This document shows, piece by piece, positions 8,671-17,591 of a DNA stretch of 64,000 nucleotides. The number at the start of each line of letters is the position of its first letter. Within the stretch, counting starts at the first letter, position 1. The DNA comes from Pelagibacteraceae bacterium. Its GTDB lineage: Bacteria > Pseudomonadota > Alphaproteobacteria > GCA-002720895. A program made the position numbers and the translations under genes. Where the stretch lies: contig PBCY01000018.1 in NCBI GenBank assembly GCA_002717245.1, forward strand, positions 1,135-65,134, written 5' to 3'. The notes beneath the pieces are model-generated. The model was given only the letters and a program-made list of their open reading frames with translations, was not told where the DNA came from and did no database searches.

Positions 8671-9279
8671 ATGAAAGTTTTTCCTAATCTTAAATCAACC
8701 ACAGATAAAAAGAATATTTTAAAAATTTTAACAGATATTCAGAGTGGGGTTAATTCTTCTCAAAGAAATATTTCTTTCAAATTAGGTATTTCCGCAGGTT
8801 TGGCTAACTCTTATATAAAAAGATGTGTGTCGAAAGGTTGGGTTAAAATTAGGTCGGTTCCTAAGAAAAGATATATTTATTATTTAACTCCTAAAGGTTT
8901 TATAGAAAAAAGTAAATTAACTGCTGAATATCTTAGCTCTTCTTTTTCATTGTATAGAAATATGAGAAACGAATGTAATCAAATTCTTTCTAATTGTAAG
9001 AAAAAAGGAATAAAGAAAATATATTTATATGGGCAAAGTGAACTAGCAGAAGTGCTAATTTTAACTGCCAAAGAGCTTAATATTAATTTTGGCGGAATAT
9101 ATATTTCGGCTACTAATAAAAAAGAATTTTTTGGATTAGAAATTTGTAATTATTTACCGGTAAAAAAAATAGATAAAATAATTTTATGTGATATGAAAAA
9201 TTCTTTTAAATCATTAGATTTTTTAAAAAGAAATTTAGATAAAGAAAAAATAATTATACCAAAAATATTAAATATTTAG
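8671..9279 (+). CDS. Winged-helix (MarR-like, EPS-locus type) transcriptional regulator with a C-terminal Rossmann-like domain
   Basis: The N-terminal segment SQRNISFKLGISAGLANSYIKRCVSKGWVKIRSVPKKRYIYYLTPKGFIEKSKLT has an HTH-plus-wing pattern. It is the first gene of the long + strand array. Confidence 0.55.
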   Translation: MKVFPNLKSTTDKKNILKILTDIQSGVNSSQRNISFKLGISAGLANSYIKRCVSKGWVKIRSVPKKRYIYYLTPKGFIEKSKLTAEYLSSSFSLYRNMRNECNQILSNCKKKGIKKIYLYGQSELAEVLILTAKELNINFGGIYISATNKKEFFGLEICNYLPVKKIDKIILCDMKNSFKSLDFLKRNLDKEKIIIPKILNI

Positions 9280-9292
9280 AGAGGGGGATCAA

Positions 9293-9793
9293 ATGCTTAA
9301 TTGGTATGTTGTAAAAACAAAACGCTTAAAGGAAGATTTTGCTAAGATTAATTTAATTAATCAAAATTTTAAAGTTTATTCTCCAATTATAAAAACAATT
9401 AAAAAGATGGGCGATAAAATAATTCATTTAAAAAAACCATTATTTCCTGGATATTTATTTGTTCAATTTGATTTGAATAACAGCAATTGGTCAAAAATTA
9501 ATAATACATTGGGTGTCACATCTTTACTTTCTATATCTAACACTCTATCATCAGTTAATCTTTCTGATATAGACAGCTTGAAAGCAGCTGAAGATGAAAA
9601 TAACTTTATTATAATATCAAAGATACAAAAACCGATTATGGGAAGGTTGTATCAGATTTTAGAAGGTCCTTTCAAAGGAAAACAAGCTAAATTTAAAAAG
9701 AAAATAGATAGTAAAAATGTTTTTTTAATTGTGAGTTTGTTAGGTAGGGAAATAAATTTAAATTTACCTTATAATAGTATTGAGCCTGTATAG
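9293..9793 (+). CDS. NusG-family specialised paralogue (RfaH-like transcription antiterminator)
   Basis: The NGN-domain pattern is NWYVVKTKRLKEDFAKINL...KPLFPGYLFVQF...W..INNTLGV. A KOW-like segment YQILEGPFKGKQAKF follows. At 166 aa it is RfaH-sized. A strong GAGGGGGA ribosome-binding site lies upstream. Confidence 0.8.
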   Translation: MLNWYVVKTKRLKEDFAKINLINQNFKVYSPIIKTIKKMGDKIIHLKKPLFPGYLFVQFDLNNSNWSKINNTLGVTSLLSISNTLSSVNLSDIDSLKAAEDENNFIIISKIQKPIMGRLYQILEGPFKGKQAKFKKKIDSKNVFLIVSLLGREINLNLPYNSIEPV

Positions 9794-9840
9794 AAAATTA
9801 GAAGTATTTTTTTTCTCTATTCCTTCTTTCGGGTTAGAGT

Positions 9841-9848
9841 GCGGTAGC
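9841..9848 (+). promoter_or_regulatory. ops-like element GCGGTAGC in the leader of the glycan super-operon
   Basis: The sequence tGCGGTAGCtatg compares with the E. coli ops consensus GGCGGTAGnnTG. This GC-rich 8-mer sits in a very AT-rich 56-nt gap between the RfaH-like gene and the first biosynthetic gene. Confidence 0.35.
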
Positions 9849-9849
9849 T

Positions 9850-10887
9850 ATGAAGGAAAAACTTATGAAATTTAATTTTTACAATTCAAATTTAAATTTA
9901 AATAATAAGTCAATTTTAGTAACTGGTGGTACTGGATCTTTTGGGAAAGCATTTACAAAAAAAATTCTTAATTTATATAAACCAAAAAGATTAATTATTT
10001 TTTCAAGGGACGAACATAAACAAAATGAAATGGCTAATGAACTAAAGAAATATTCTAATATTTTACGTTTCTTTATTGGAGATGTAAGAGACAGAGAAAG
10101 ATTGATAATGGCTACAAAAGGAGTAGATTTTATAATTCATGCCGCCGCTTTAAAACACGTTCCTTCAACTGAATATAATCCATTTGAATGTATAAGAACA
10201 AATATATTTGGAGCAGAAAATATTATCCATGCAGCTATCAATTCAAATGTAAAGAAAACAATTGCTTTATCTACTGATAAAGCAGCAAATCCAATTAATA
10301 TATATGGAGCTAGCAAATTAGCAGCTGATAAAATTTTTATTTCAGGAAATCATTTAGCAGCAAATGTAAAATCTAGGTTTTCTGTTGTTAGGTATGGAAA
10401 TGTAATTGGATCTAGGGGAAGTATTTATTGGATTATTAAAAATGTAATTGAAAAAAAATTAAAGAAAGTGCCAATAACTGATAAAAGAATGACTAGATTT
10501 TGGATAACTTTAGATCAAGGAGTAGAATTTGTTTTATCTTCGTTAGATTTAATGAGTGGGGGAGAAATTTATGTTCCTAAAATTCCAAGCATGAAAATTA
10601 CTGATTTTATAAATTCATTTTGTTCTGACAAAAAATTAGAGGAAATAGGTATTAGACCAGGTGAAAAACTACACGAAACAATGATAACAAAAGAAGATTC
10701 CAGATATACTTATGATTGTAAAGATAGATATGTTATAGAGCCAAATATTCATCAATGGGATAGCGAAAGATTAAAAAAAAATAAAATAAAAGGTAATAAG
10801 GTTCAAGAAAATTTTGAATATACTAGCAATTTAAATAAAACATGGTTAACAAGAAAAGATCTTTTATCTTTAGAGAAATTTTTTTAA
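9850..10887 (+). CDS. pseB: UDP-N-acetylglucosamine 4,6-dehydratase (inverting), PseB/FlaA1 type (CapD-like short form)
   Basis: Motifs ILVTGGTGSFGKAF, DVRD, YGASKLAADK. PseG- and PseI-like genes lie downstream. The true start may be ATG 9865, which is preceded by AAGGA. Confidence 0.75.
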   Translation: MKEKLMKFNFYNSNLNLNNKSILVTGGTGSFGKAFTKKILNLYKPKRLIIFSRDEHKQNEMANELKKYSNILRFFIGDVRDRERLIMATKGVDFIIHAAALKHVPSTEYNPFECIRTNIFGAENIIHAAINSNVKKTIALSTDKAANPINIYGASKLAADKIFISGNHLAANVKSRFSVVRYGNVIGSRGSIYWIIKNVIEKKLKKVPITDKRMTRFWITLDQGVEFVLSSLDLMSGGEIYVPKIPSMKITDFINSFCSDKKLEEIGIRPGEKLHETMITKEDSRYTYDCKDRYVIEPNIHQWDSERLKKNKIKGNKVQENFEYTSNLNKTWLTRKDLLSLEKFF

Positions 10888-10897
10888 AAAAAATTTA

Positions 10898-11779
10898 ATG
10901 AAAAAAAAATTAGTTCTAACTGGAGCAAGTGGGAAACTAGGAAGCACTTTAATAAATTTTCTTAATAAAGAATATAATTTATTTCCAATAGGAAATAAAA
11001 AAAAACCTAAGAATGGTTATAAATTAGATTTAACAAATAAGAATAAAGTAGAAAATTTTTTAAATAAAATTAAACCTGAAATCATTATTCATTTAGTAGC
11101 TATTACGAAAGTAGATTTTTGTGAGGAAAATTTTAATAAAGCACATGAAATAAATTTTTTAACTACAAAAAATTTAGTCGATTGGTCAGAAAAAAAGAAA
11201 ATAAGATTTATTTATTTATCAACTGATCAATTGTATGATAATTCTAATTTAAGTGATGAAAAAAGTGCGAATCCAAAAAATTTTTACGCTATAACAAAAT
11301 TTCTTTCTGAAGGAGTGGTATTATCTTTAAAAAACAGTTTAGTTGTTAGAACTAATTTTTATGGTTTTTTTCCTAAGCATAAAGACTCTTTAATAGATTG
11401 GTTTATTAATGAAATTAAAGAAAAAAGACAAGTAAGTCTTATAAAGGATATTTTTTTTAATCCGGTATATGTTAAACATTTATGTGATTATATTGTTAAG
11501 TTAATTAAAGCTAGAAAAGCTCATGGTATAGTAAATTTAGGAGCAAAAAATAGTATTTCAAAAGGTATGTTTTTATATAAAGTAGCAAAAGAATTAAATT
11601 TAAAAAAATTTAAGTCTAAATTTACTAATGTTAAAAATATTAAATTAAAAGCTTATCGTCCAAAAAATATGTCAATGTCTGTTAAAAAGATAGAAAATAT
11701 TTTTAATAAACCTATGCCTACTATAGAAGATGGTATTTTTTATTTAGTTAATGATTTAAAAAGTTGCAATGAATTTTGA
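10898..11779 (+). CDS. NAD(P)-dependent sugar-nucleotide reductase, RmlD-like
   Basis: It has LVLTGASGKLGSTL as a Rossmann motif and YAITK as the YxxxK catalytic motif. At 293 aa it is RmlD-sized. Confidence 0.6.
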   Translation: MKKKLVLTGASGKLGSTLINFLNKEYNLFPIGNKKKPKNGYKLDLTNKNKVENFLNKIKPEIIIHLVAITKVDFCEENFNKAHEINFLTTKNLVDWSEKKKIRFIYLSTDQLYDNSNLSDEKSANPKNFYAITKFLSEGVVLSLKNSLVVRTNFYGFFPKHKDSLIDWFINEIKEKRQVSLIKDIFFNPVYVKHLCDYIVKLIKARKAHGIVNLGAKNSISKGMFLYKVAKELNLKKFKSKFTNVKNIKLKAYRPKNMSMSVKKIENIFNKPMPTIEDGIFYLVNDLKSCNEF

Positions 11780-12479
11780 AAAAAAAGATAAAGTTTTAAT
11801 TGTTGCCGCACACCCAGATGATGATGTTTTAGGATGCGGCGGTACAATAGCATTTCTTAGAGAAAAAAAAATAAAAGTTAGAGTAGTTTTTTTAGCTGAA
11901 GGTATAAGTGCAAGATATTTACAAAAAGATATTGGTTCGTTTAAAGTGAAAAAGGAAATTGATTATAGAAACAAATGCGCTTTAAAAGCTTTAAAAATTC
12001 TAGGTGTTAATAAAGAAGAAATTTTTTTTAACAATTATCAATGTTTAAATTTAGATCAAATTTCTTTTTTAGACATAACAAAAACAATAGAAAAACAAGT
12101 TTATGATTTTATGCCAACAAATATATTTACTCACGCACAAAACGATGTAAACAATGATCATACTATAATTAACAAAGCAATGTTGGCGGCGACAAGACCT
12201 TTTGATAAAATTTTTTTAAAAAATATTTATTCCTTCGAAATATTATCTAGTTCAGAGTGGAATTATTTAAATGCATTTAATGCAAATTGTTTTTTTGATA
12301 TTTCTAAAACATTAAAAAAGAAAATATTAGCAATAAAAGCATATAAGAAAGAATTTAAAAAAAGTCCTCATCCAAGATCTATTGAGACTATTAAAGCTCT
12401 TGCAACTTTTAGAGGAAGTCAGTCAGGTCTCAAATACGCTGAGTCTTTTAATTTAATTAGATCAATAAAAAAAAATTAA
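11769..12479 (+). CDS. PIG-L/LmbE family N-acetyl-sugar deacetylase
   Basis: It carries the signature VAAHPDDDVLGCGGT and a downstream DVNNDH motif. Confidence 0.8.
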   Translation: MNFEKKDKVLIVAAHPDDDVLGCGGTIAFLREKKIKVRVVFLAEGISARYLQKDIGSFKVKKEIDYRNKCALKALKILGVNKEEIFFNNYQCLNLDQISFLDITKTIEKQVYDFMPTNIFTHAQNDVNNDHTIINKAMLAATRPFDKIFLKNIYSFEILSSSEWNYLNAFNANCFFDISKTLKKKILAIKAYKKEFKKSPHPRSIETIKALATFRGSQSGLKYAESFNLIRSIKKN

Positions 12480-12504
12480 AAATATCTAATAATAAGATAA
12501 AGAT

Positions 12505-14085
12505 TTGAAATATAGAATTATATTACAATCGAGAACAACATCTAAAAGATTACCCGGTAAATCCTTAATTTCTTTATGTAATACACCGTTAACAGTTTTA
12601 TGTGCAAAAAGGCTAAAAAATAAGAAAAATTTAATTATAGCAACATCAAATAATAAAAGTGACGACAAGCTTTGTAAAATTTTAGAAAAAAATAGAATTA
12701 AGTTTTTTAGAGGAAGTTTAAATAATGTGCTTTCTAGATTTTATTATTCATCATTAGACCTTAAAGATGAAGATATTATAATTAGGGCAACTGCGGATAA
12801 CCCAATACCTGATGCAAATTTAGTAAAGAAATGTTTAAAAATATTTAAAGAAAAAAAATATAAATATTTATATTTTGATTCACCAAAAAACGGATTAGCT
12901 TTTGGATTATGTATAGAGATTTTTTTTGTCAAAGAATTAAGAAAAGCTTATTATAATTCTAAATCATCATATGATAAAGAACATGTAGCAACGTGGATTA
13001 AAAGAAATATTAAAAATAAAAAAAATTTATCTTATTCAGATCTAAAAGTAAAAAAAACAAATAATTTAAAATGTTCAATCGACACATTCGATGATTATTT
13101 AAGAATGTTAAATTTATTTAAGTTTTATAAAAATGATTTTACTGAAGTTAGTTGGAAAAATTTATTAACCAAATTATTAGAATTAGATAAGTTATCAAAT
13201 TTAAGTAGGATTGGAATAGGAACTGCCAATTTTGGAATGAATTACGGTATTAAAAAAAAAAAAATTGATAGTCATAAAACAAATAAAATTTTAAGATTTG
13301 CTGAGAAAAAAGGAATAAATTTTATTGATACTGCTAGAATTTATGGAGAAGCGGAGACAAAAATAAAAAGTTTTAAATATAATATTTTTACTAAACTTGA
13401 CACCTTCGGTACAATAAATAATTATAGCTCCTTATCTAATAAAATAATTAAACAAAAAGTTTCTGAAAGCATTTCTAAATCATTAGAATGTTTAGGAAAA
13501 AAAAGTATCGAAGTTGTTTTTTTACATGACTGGAAACAATATAGTTTGAAAAAAAAGATTATGTGGAAGGAACTTATTAGATTAAAAAGAGGTGGTATAA
13601 TCAATAGTTTAGGGGCATCTGTTGATAATATTAAGGAGGCGACACAAGCATTAAATGAGAAAAATATTAAACATTTGCAAATTCCTTTTAATATTCTTGA
13701 CTATAGATGGCATAACATAAAATTCCGAAAGTTGTTAGATAATAGACCTGATGTAAAAATTTACGCAAGGAGTATTTTTTTACAAGGTCTTCTTTTATCT
13801 AAGAAAAATTTTTGGCCAAGTTGGGTAGATTCAAATAAAATATTAACAAATATAAATAATTTAAAAAAAAAATTTAATTTTAGATCAAATTTAGAATTAT
13901 GTTTAAGATATGCTTTATCTACAAATTGGATTTCACATATAATTCTAGGGATAGATAATAAAAAACAATTAGAAAATATCTTAAGTATTTCAAAAAAACC
14001 ACACATGTCTGAAGAAATGATTTATAAGATAAAAAAAACATTTGTTAATATTCCAGATAGATTAATAAAACCTTACGAATGGTAA
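12505..14085 (+). CDS. Fusion protein: SpsF/PseF-like cytidylyltransferase (N-terminal) plus aldo/keto reductase (C-terminal)
   Basis: The N-terminus reads IILQSRTTSKRLPGKSL...VLSRFY (CTP_transf_3 type). The C-terminus reads IGIGTANFGMNYG...FIDTARIYGEAE...LQIPFN (AKR type). It is one uninterrupted 526-aa ORF with a TTG start. Confidence 0.7.
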   Translation: MKYRIILQSRTTSKRLPGKSLISLCNTPLTVLCAKRLKNKKNLIIATSNNKSDDKLCKILEKNRIKFFRGSLNNVLSRFYYSSLDLKDEDIIIRATADNPIPDANLVKKCLKIFKEKKYKYLYFDSPKNGLAFGLCIEIFFVKELRKAYYNSKSSYDKEHVATWIKRNIKNKKNLSYSDLKVKKTNNLKCSIDTFDDYLRMLNLFKFYKNDFTEVSWKNLLTKLLELDKLSNLSRIGIGTANFGMNYGIKKKKIDSHKTNKILRFAEKKGINFIDTARIYGEAETKIKSFKYNIFTKLDTFGTINNYSSLSNKIIKQKVSESISKSLECLGKKSIEVVFLHDWKQYSLKKKIMWKELIRLKRGGIINSLGASVDNIKEATQALNEKNIKHLQIPFNILDYRWHNIKFRKLLDNRPDVKIYARSIFLQGLLLSKKNFWPSWVDSNKILTNINNLKKKFNFRSNLELCLRYALSTNWISHIILGIDNKKQLENILSISKKPHMSEEMIYKIKKTFVNIPDRLIKPYEW

Positions 14086-14876
14086 AAAATATTTTTTCAT
14101 TAAAAAATAAAGTTGTATTGGTTACAGGTGCAACTGGACATCTAGGATTAGAAATATCAAAAAGTATTTTAGATAGTGATGCGCATGTAATATTGACATC
14201 AAAAAATTTAAATAAGTTAAAAAAAGTAAAGAATAATTTTTTTAAGGATAATAAGAAAGTTGATATTTATAAAATGGATGTAACTAATAGCTCATCAATA
14301 AAAAATTGTATAAATTATGTAAAAAAAAAACATAAAGTTATAAATGGCTTAATTAATAACGCATATAGTGGTAAAGATGGATCAATAGAAAATATTGACG
14401 AAGAGGATTTTTTATTAGCTACGAAATATAATTTAATTGCTCCTTTTATATTAATTAAAAATATAATTAAAACTTTTCAAAATTTTAAAAAAAATAATAC
14501 TTTAAGTGTAATTAATATTGCTTCCATGTACGGAATAACTATCCCTAATTTTAGTGTATATGATGAAAATGTTTTAACTAATCCTGTACATTATGGCGCA
14601 ACTAAAGCTGGATTAATACATATGACTAAATATCTTGCAAGCTATTTAGCAAAAAAAAATATAAGGGTAAATTCAATATCTCCTGGAGCTTTTCCTAAAG
14701 AAAGTATTTTAAAAAAAAATAAAAATTTCAAAAGAAGGTTAATTAAAAACATCCCAATTGGAAGAGTGGGTAATCCAAAAGAAATAACTGGAGCAATAAT
14801 TTATTTACTTTCTGATTCATCAAGTTACGTAACAGGAGCAAATTTTAGCATTGATGGTGGCTGGACTTCTAAATAA
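14079..14876 (+). CDS. Short-chain dehydrogenase/reductase (SDR)
   Basis: Motifs VLVTGATGHLG, NNAY, YGATKAG, PGAF, GANFSIDGGW. Confidence 0.85.
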   Translation: MVKNIFSLKNKVVLVTGATGHLGLEISKSILDSDAHVILTSKNLNKLKKVKNNFFKDNKKVDIYKMDVTNSSSIKNCINYVKKKHKVINGLINNAYSGKDGSIENIDEEDFLLATKYNLIAPFILIKNIIKTFQNFKKNNTLSVINIASMYGITIPNFSVYDENVLTNPVHYGATKAGLIHMTKYLASYLAKKNIRVNSISPGAFPKESILKKNKNFKRRLIKNIPIGRVGNPKEITGAIIYLLSDSSSYVTGANFSIDGGWTSK

Positions 14877-15885
14877 AAATGTTTTTTTTAGATGTGATGG
14901 CGGGTCTGATTTAGGACTTGGTCATATCACTAGATCTATCGAATTAGCATTAGGTTTTAAAAAATTAGGTTTAAAAAAAATTATTTTTTTTGTTTTTTCA
15001 GATAATCATAATGTTTTTAAAAGAATAAAAAAAAATGGTTTTAAGTTTTATAAATGTCCATTTTCATTAGGAACAAAAAAAGATTTACTTTTTATGAAAA
15101 AATTTTCTAATTTAGAAGATAATAATAACTCTATATTGATTTGCGATACCTTTTGCCTAAAAGATTATTACTTAAAAGAATATTCAAAATACTTTTTTCT
15201 AGTTTTAATAAATGAGTTAAAGAAGAATAAAAGCTATTCAAATATATTAATTGGTACTTCTGAAAAAAATAATAAATCAATTATCCCTTTGTATGGAAAA
15301 AAGACTAATTTGATTAGAAAGGAATTTATAAATAGTAACAATAAAAAAGTAAATAATAATCAAAGCAAAATTCTTATCACTATGGGAGCAGGGGATCCTG
15401 ATAATGTTACTTCTTGGTTTTTAAGTAACTTTGTTAATGAGTTAAAAAATGAAGAAATTTATGTTTTGTTAGGGGGAGCATATAAATATAAAAAACAAAT
15501 ATATAAAAAATTTTCAAAATTATATAAAAATATTAAAATATTTTATGATTTAGAAAAACCTTCAAATGTAATGAAGAAATCTTATTTTGCTATTAGTTCT
15601 TCTGGAAATATGTCTTTAGAATTAGCTGCTTTAGGAATACCACAGCTTTTAGTTTCACTTGATAAGACGCAAAGAATTATAACTAAATTTTTGGTTAAAA
15701 AAAAATGTGCTTTAAATTTAGGTTTTTACAAAAATTTAAAAAAAAGAAAAGTTGGTTCTTTAATAAAAGATTTTATTAATAAAAAATCTTTTAGAAATAA
15801 ATATAAAATAAACAATCCAAATATATTTCATTCTGAGGGAAGTTTAAATATAGCAAAGTTAATAATTAAGAAATTTGATGAATAA
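14851..15885 (+). CDS. pseG: PseG-like UDP-2,4-diacetamido-2,4,6-trideoxy-hexose hydrolase (GT28-related)
   Basis: The N-terminal FRCDGGSDLGLGHITRSIELA is typical of PseG. It has a GT-B-like C-terminus and sits immediately upstream of the PseI-like gene. Confidence 0.65.
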   Translation: MMVAGLLNKNVFFRCDGGSDLGLGHITRSIELALGFKKLGLKKIIFFVFSDNHNVFKRIKKNGFKFYKCPFSLGTKKDLLFMKKFSNLEDNNNSILICDTFCLKDYYLKEYSKYFFLVLINELKKNKSYSNILIGTSEKNNKSIIPLYGKKTNLIRKEFINSNNKKVNNNQSKILITMGAGDPDNVTSWFLSNFVNELKNEEIYVLLGGAYKYKKQIYKKFSKLYKNIKIFYDLEKPSNVMKKSYFAISSSGNMSLELAALGIPQLLVSLDKTQRIITKFLVKKKCALNLGFYKNLKKRKVGSLIKDFINKKSFRNKYKINNPNIFHSEGSLNIAKLIIKKFDE

Positions 15886-16932
15886 ATTTATAAAAATAGG
15901 AAAAAAAAAATAGGAGCGGGATACCCATGTTTTATAATTGCTGAAGCAAGCATAAATCATAACGGTAGGGTTTCTTTAGCAAAAAAAATGGCTAATGAGG
16001 CTAAAAAAGCTGGCGCTGATTGTATTAAATTTCAAACTTTTACTGCTAGTGAATTTTGTGCAGATAAAAAACAAAAAATTGAACTTTATTCAAATGGAAA
16101 GAAAAAGATTTGGAATTTATATAATTTGTATAAAAAACATGAATTTTCAGTTTCTCAATGGAAAGAAATTAAAAAATATTGCGATAAAATTGGAATTATA
16201 TTTATGTCAACAGTTCAAGATCCTATAAATTTTAAATTATTAAAGAAAATTGGCATAAAGGCTATAAAAGTTGGATCAGATGATTTTGATAATATAAGTA
16301 ATTTAAAATATTATGCTAAAACTAAACTCCCCATGATTATTTCAAGAGGCATGTCAGATATAAAAGAAATTAAAAATATAATTGATAAAATATATAAAAT
16401 AAATAAAAAACTGGCAGTTTTACACTGTGTTTCTATATATCCAAGCTCTTCTAGTGAATTAAATTTAAAACAAATCTTAAGTTTACAAAAGGTTTTTCCA
16501 AAAGTAATTTGGGGATATTCAGATCATTCACTAGGAACATTAGCTCCAGCGATAGCTGTAACCCTTGGATCAAAAATAATAGAAAAACATTTTACATTAG
16601 ATAATAAATTATTAGGCCCTGATCATTCCTTTTCTGTCAATCCAAAGCAATTAAAAGAATTAGTTGATAATATAAGGTTTACAGAAAATTCATTAGGTAC
16701 TGAAAAAATATTTAATTCAAAAAAAGAAATAAAAAATAAAAATTTTATGAGAAGAAGGATTGTAGCAAAAAAAGACTTATCTTCTGGAACTAAAATAAAT
16801 AATTTAAATATAAGTTTTAAAAGATCTAGTTCAGGTTTATTTATAAATCAATTAAATAAAATTAAAGGTAAAACATTAAAAGTTGCAAAAAAAAAAGATG
16901 CTTCAATATTAATAAGGGATATTAAAATATGA
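15878..16932 (+). CDS. pseI: NeuB/PseI-family nonulosonic acid synthase, interrupted by a frameshift in an A10 tract
   Basis: ATG 15878 overlaps the pseG stop and gives MNKFIKIGKKK*. The next frame continues IGAGYPCFIIAEASINHNG...KFQTF...SDHS plus a C-terminal SAF domain. The frames meet at the A10 run 15901-15910. Confidence 0.75.
15901..15910 (+). repeat. A10 homopolymer at the frameshift site of the pseI-like gene
   Basis: Counted directly. A length of 11 (or 8) would fuse the two frames. Confidence 0.9.
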
Positions 16933-17591
16933 ATGATAAATATATATTTAAATCAATAAATACGAATAAAGAAAAGAAATCTTTTAAAGAATTTTTAAGG
17001 CATCAAACAAATTCTGAATATGGGGGATATAAAATTTATGATGGAAGTAGAAATCATTTATTACAAATTCCAGAAGAACTATCTGAGTTAGTTTTTTTTC
17101 TTAATAAATTTCAAAAAAAAAAATCTAATTTTAAAAGTTTTTTAGAAATTGGTTTTGCTAGTGGAAAGACAAACACTATTTTTAATAGATTTTTTAAATT
17201 TAATCAAATAGTTGCAGTTGATAATTTTGCATGCGATATCAACGCTAATGATTTATTTGCGAATGTTCAGAGAAAAAAATTAATTTTATTATGCGGTAGT
17301 TCTAGTTCTAAAGAAATTAAAAATAATTTAAAAAAGTTTAGCCCCTTTGATTTAATTTTAATAGATGGAAGCCATGAATATAAAGATGTCATAAACGATA
17401 TTAATATATCAACTAATTTAATAAATAATAAAGGCATTATTGTTATGCACGATATTTATAACAAAGAGTACCCTGGCGTTGGTAAAGCATGGTCTACTTT
17501 GAAAAAAAATAAAAAATTTTCATTTAAAGAAATAGTTTGCAAAAAATATTACTTTAATTGCGGGTTTGGAATAGCAATAAAAAGAAAATAG
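16929..17591 (+). CDS. Class I SAM-dependent methyltransferase
   Basis: LEIGFASGKT is the SAM-binding motif I. It is followed by VAVDNF and LILIDGSHEYKDV...VMHDI. Confidence 0.7.
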   Translation: MNDKYIFKSINTNKEKKSFKEFLRHQTNSEYGGYKIYDGSRNHLLQIPEELSELVFFLNKFQKKKSNFKSFLEIGFASGKTNTIFNRFFKFNQIVAVDNFACDINANDLFANVQRKKLILLCGSSSSKEIKNNLKKFSPFDLILIDGSHEYKDVINDINISTNLINNKGIIVMHDIYNKEYPGVGKAWSTLKKNKKFSFKEIVCKKYYFNCGFGIAIKRK

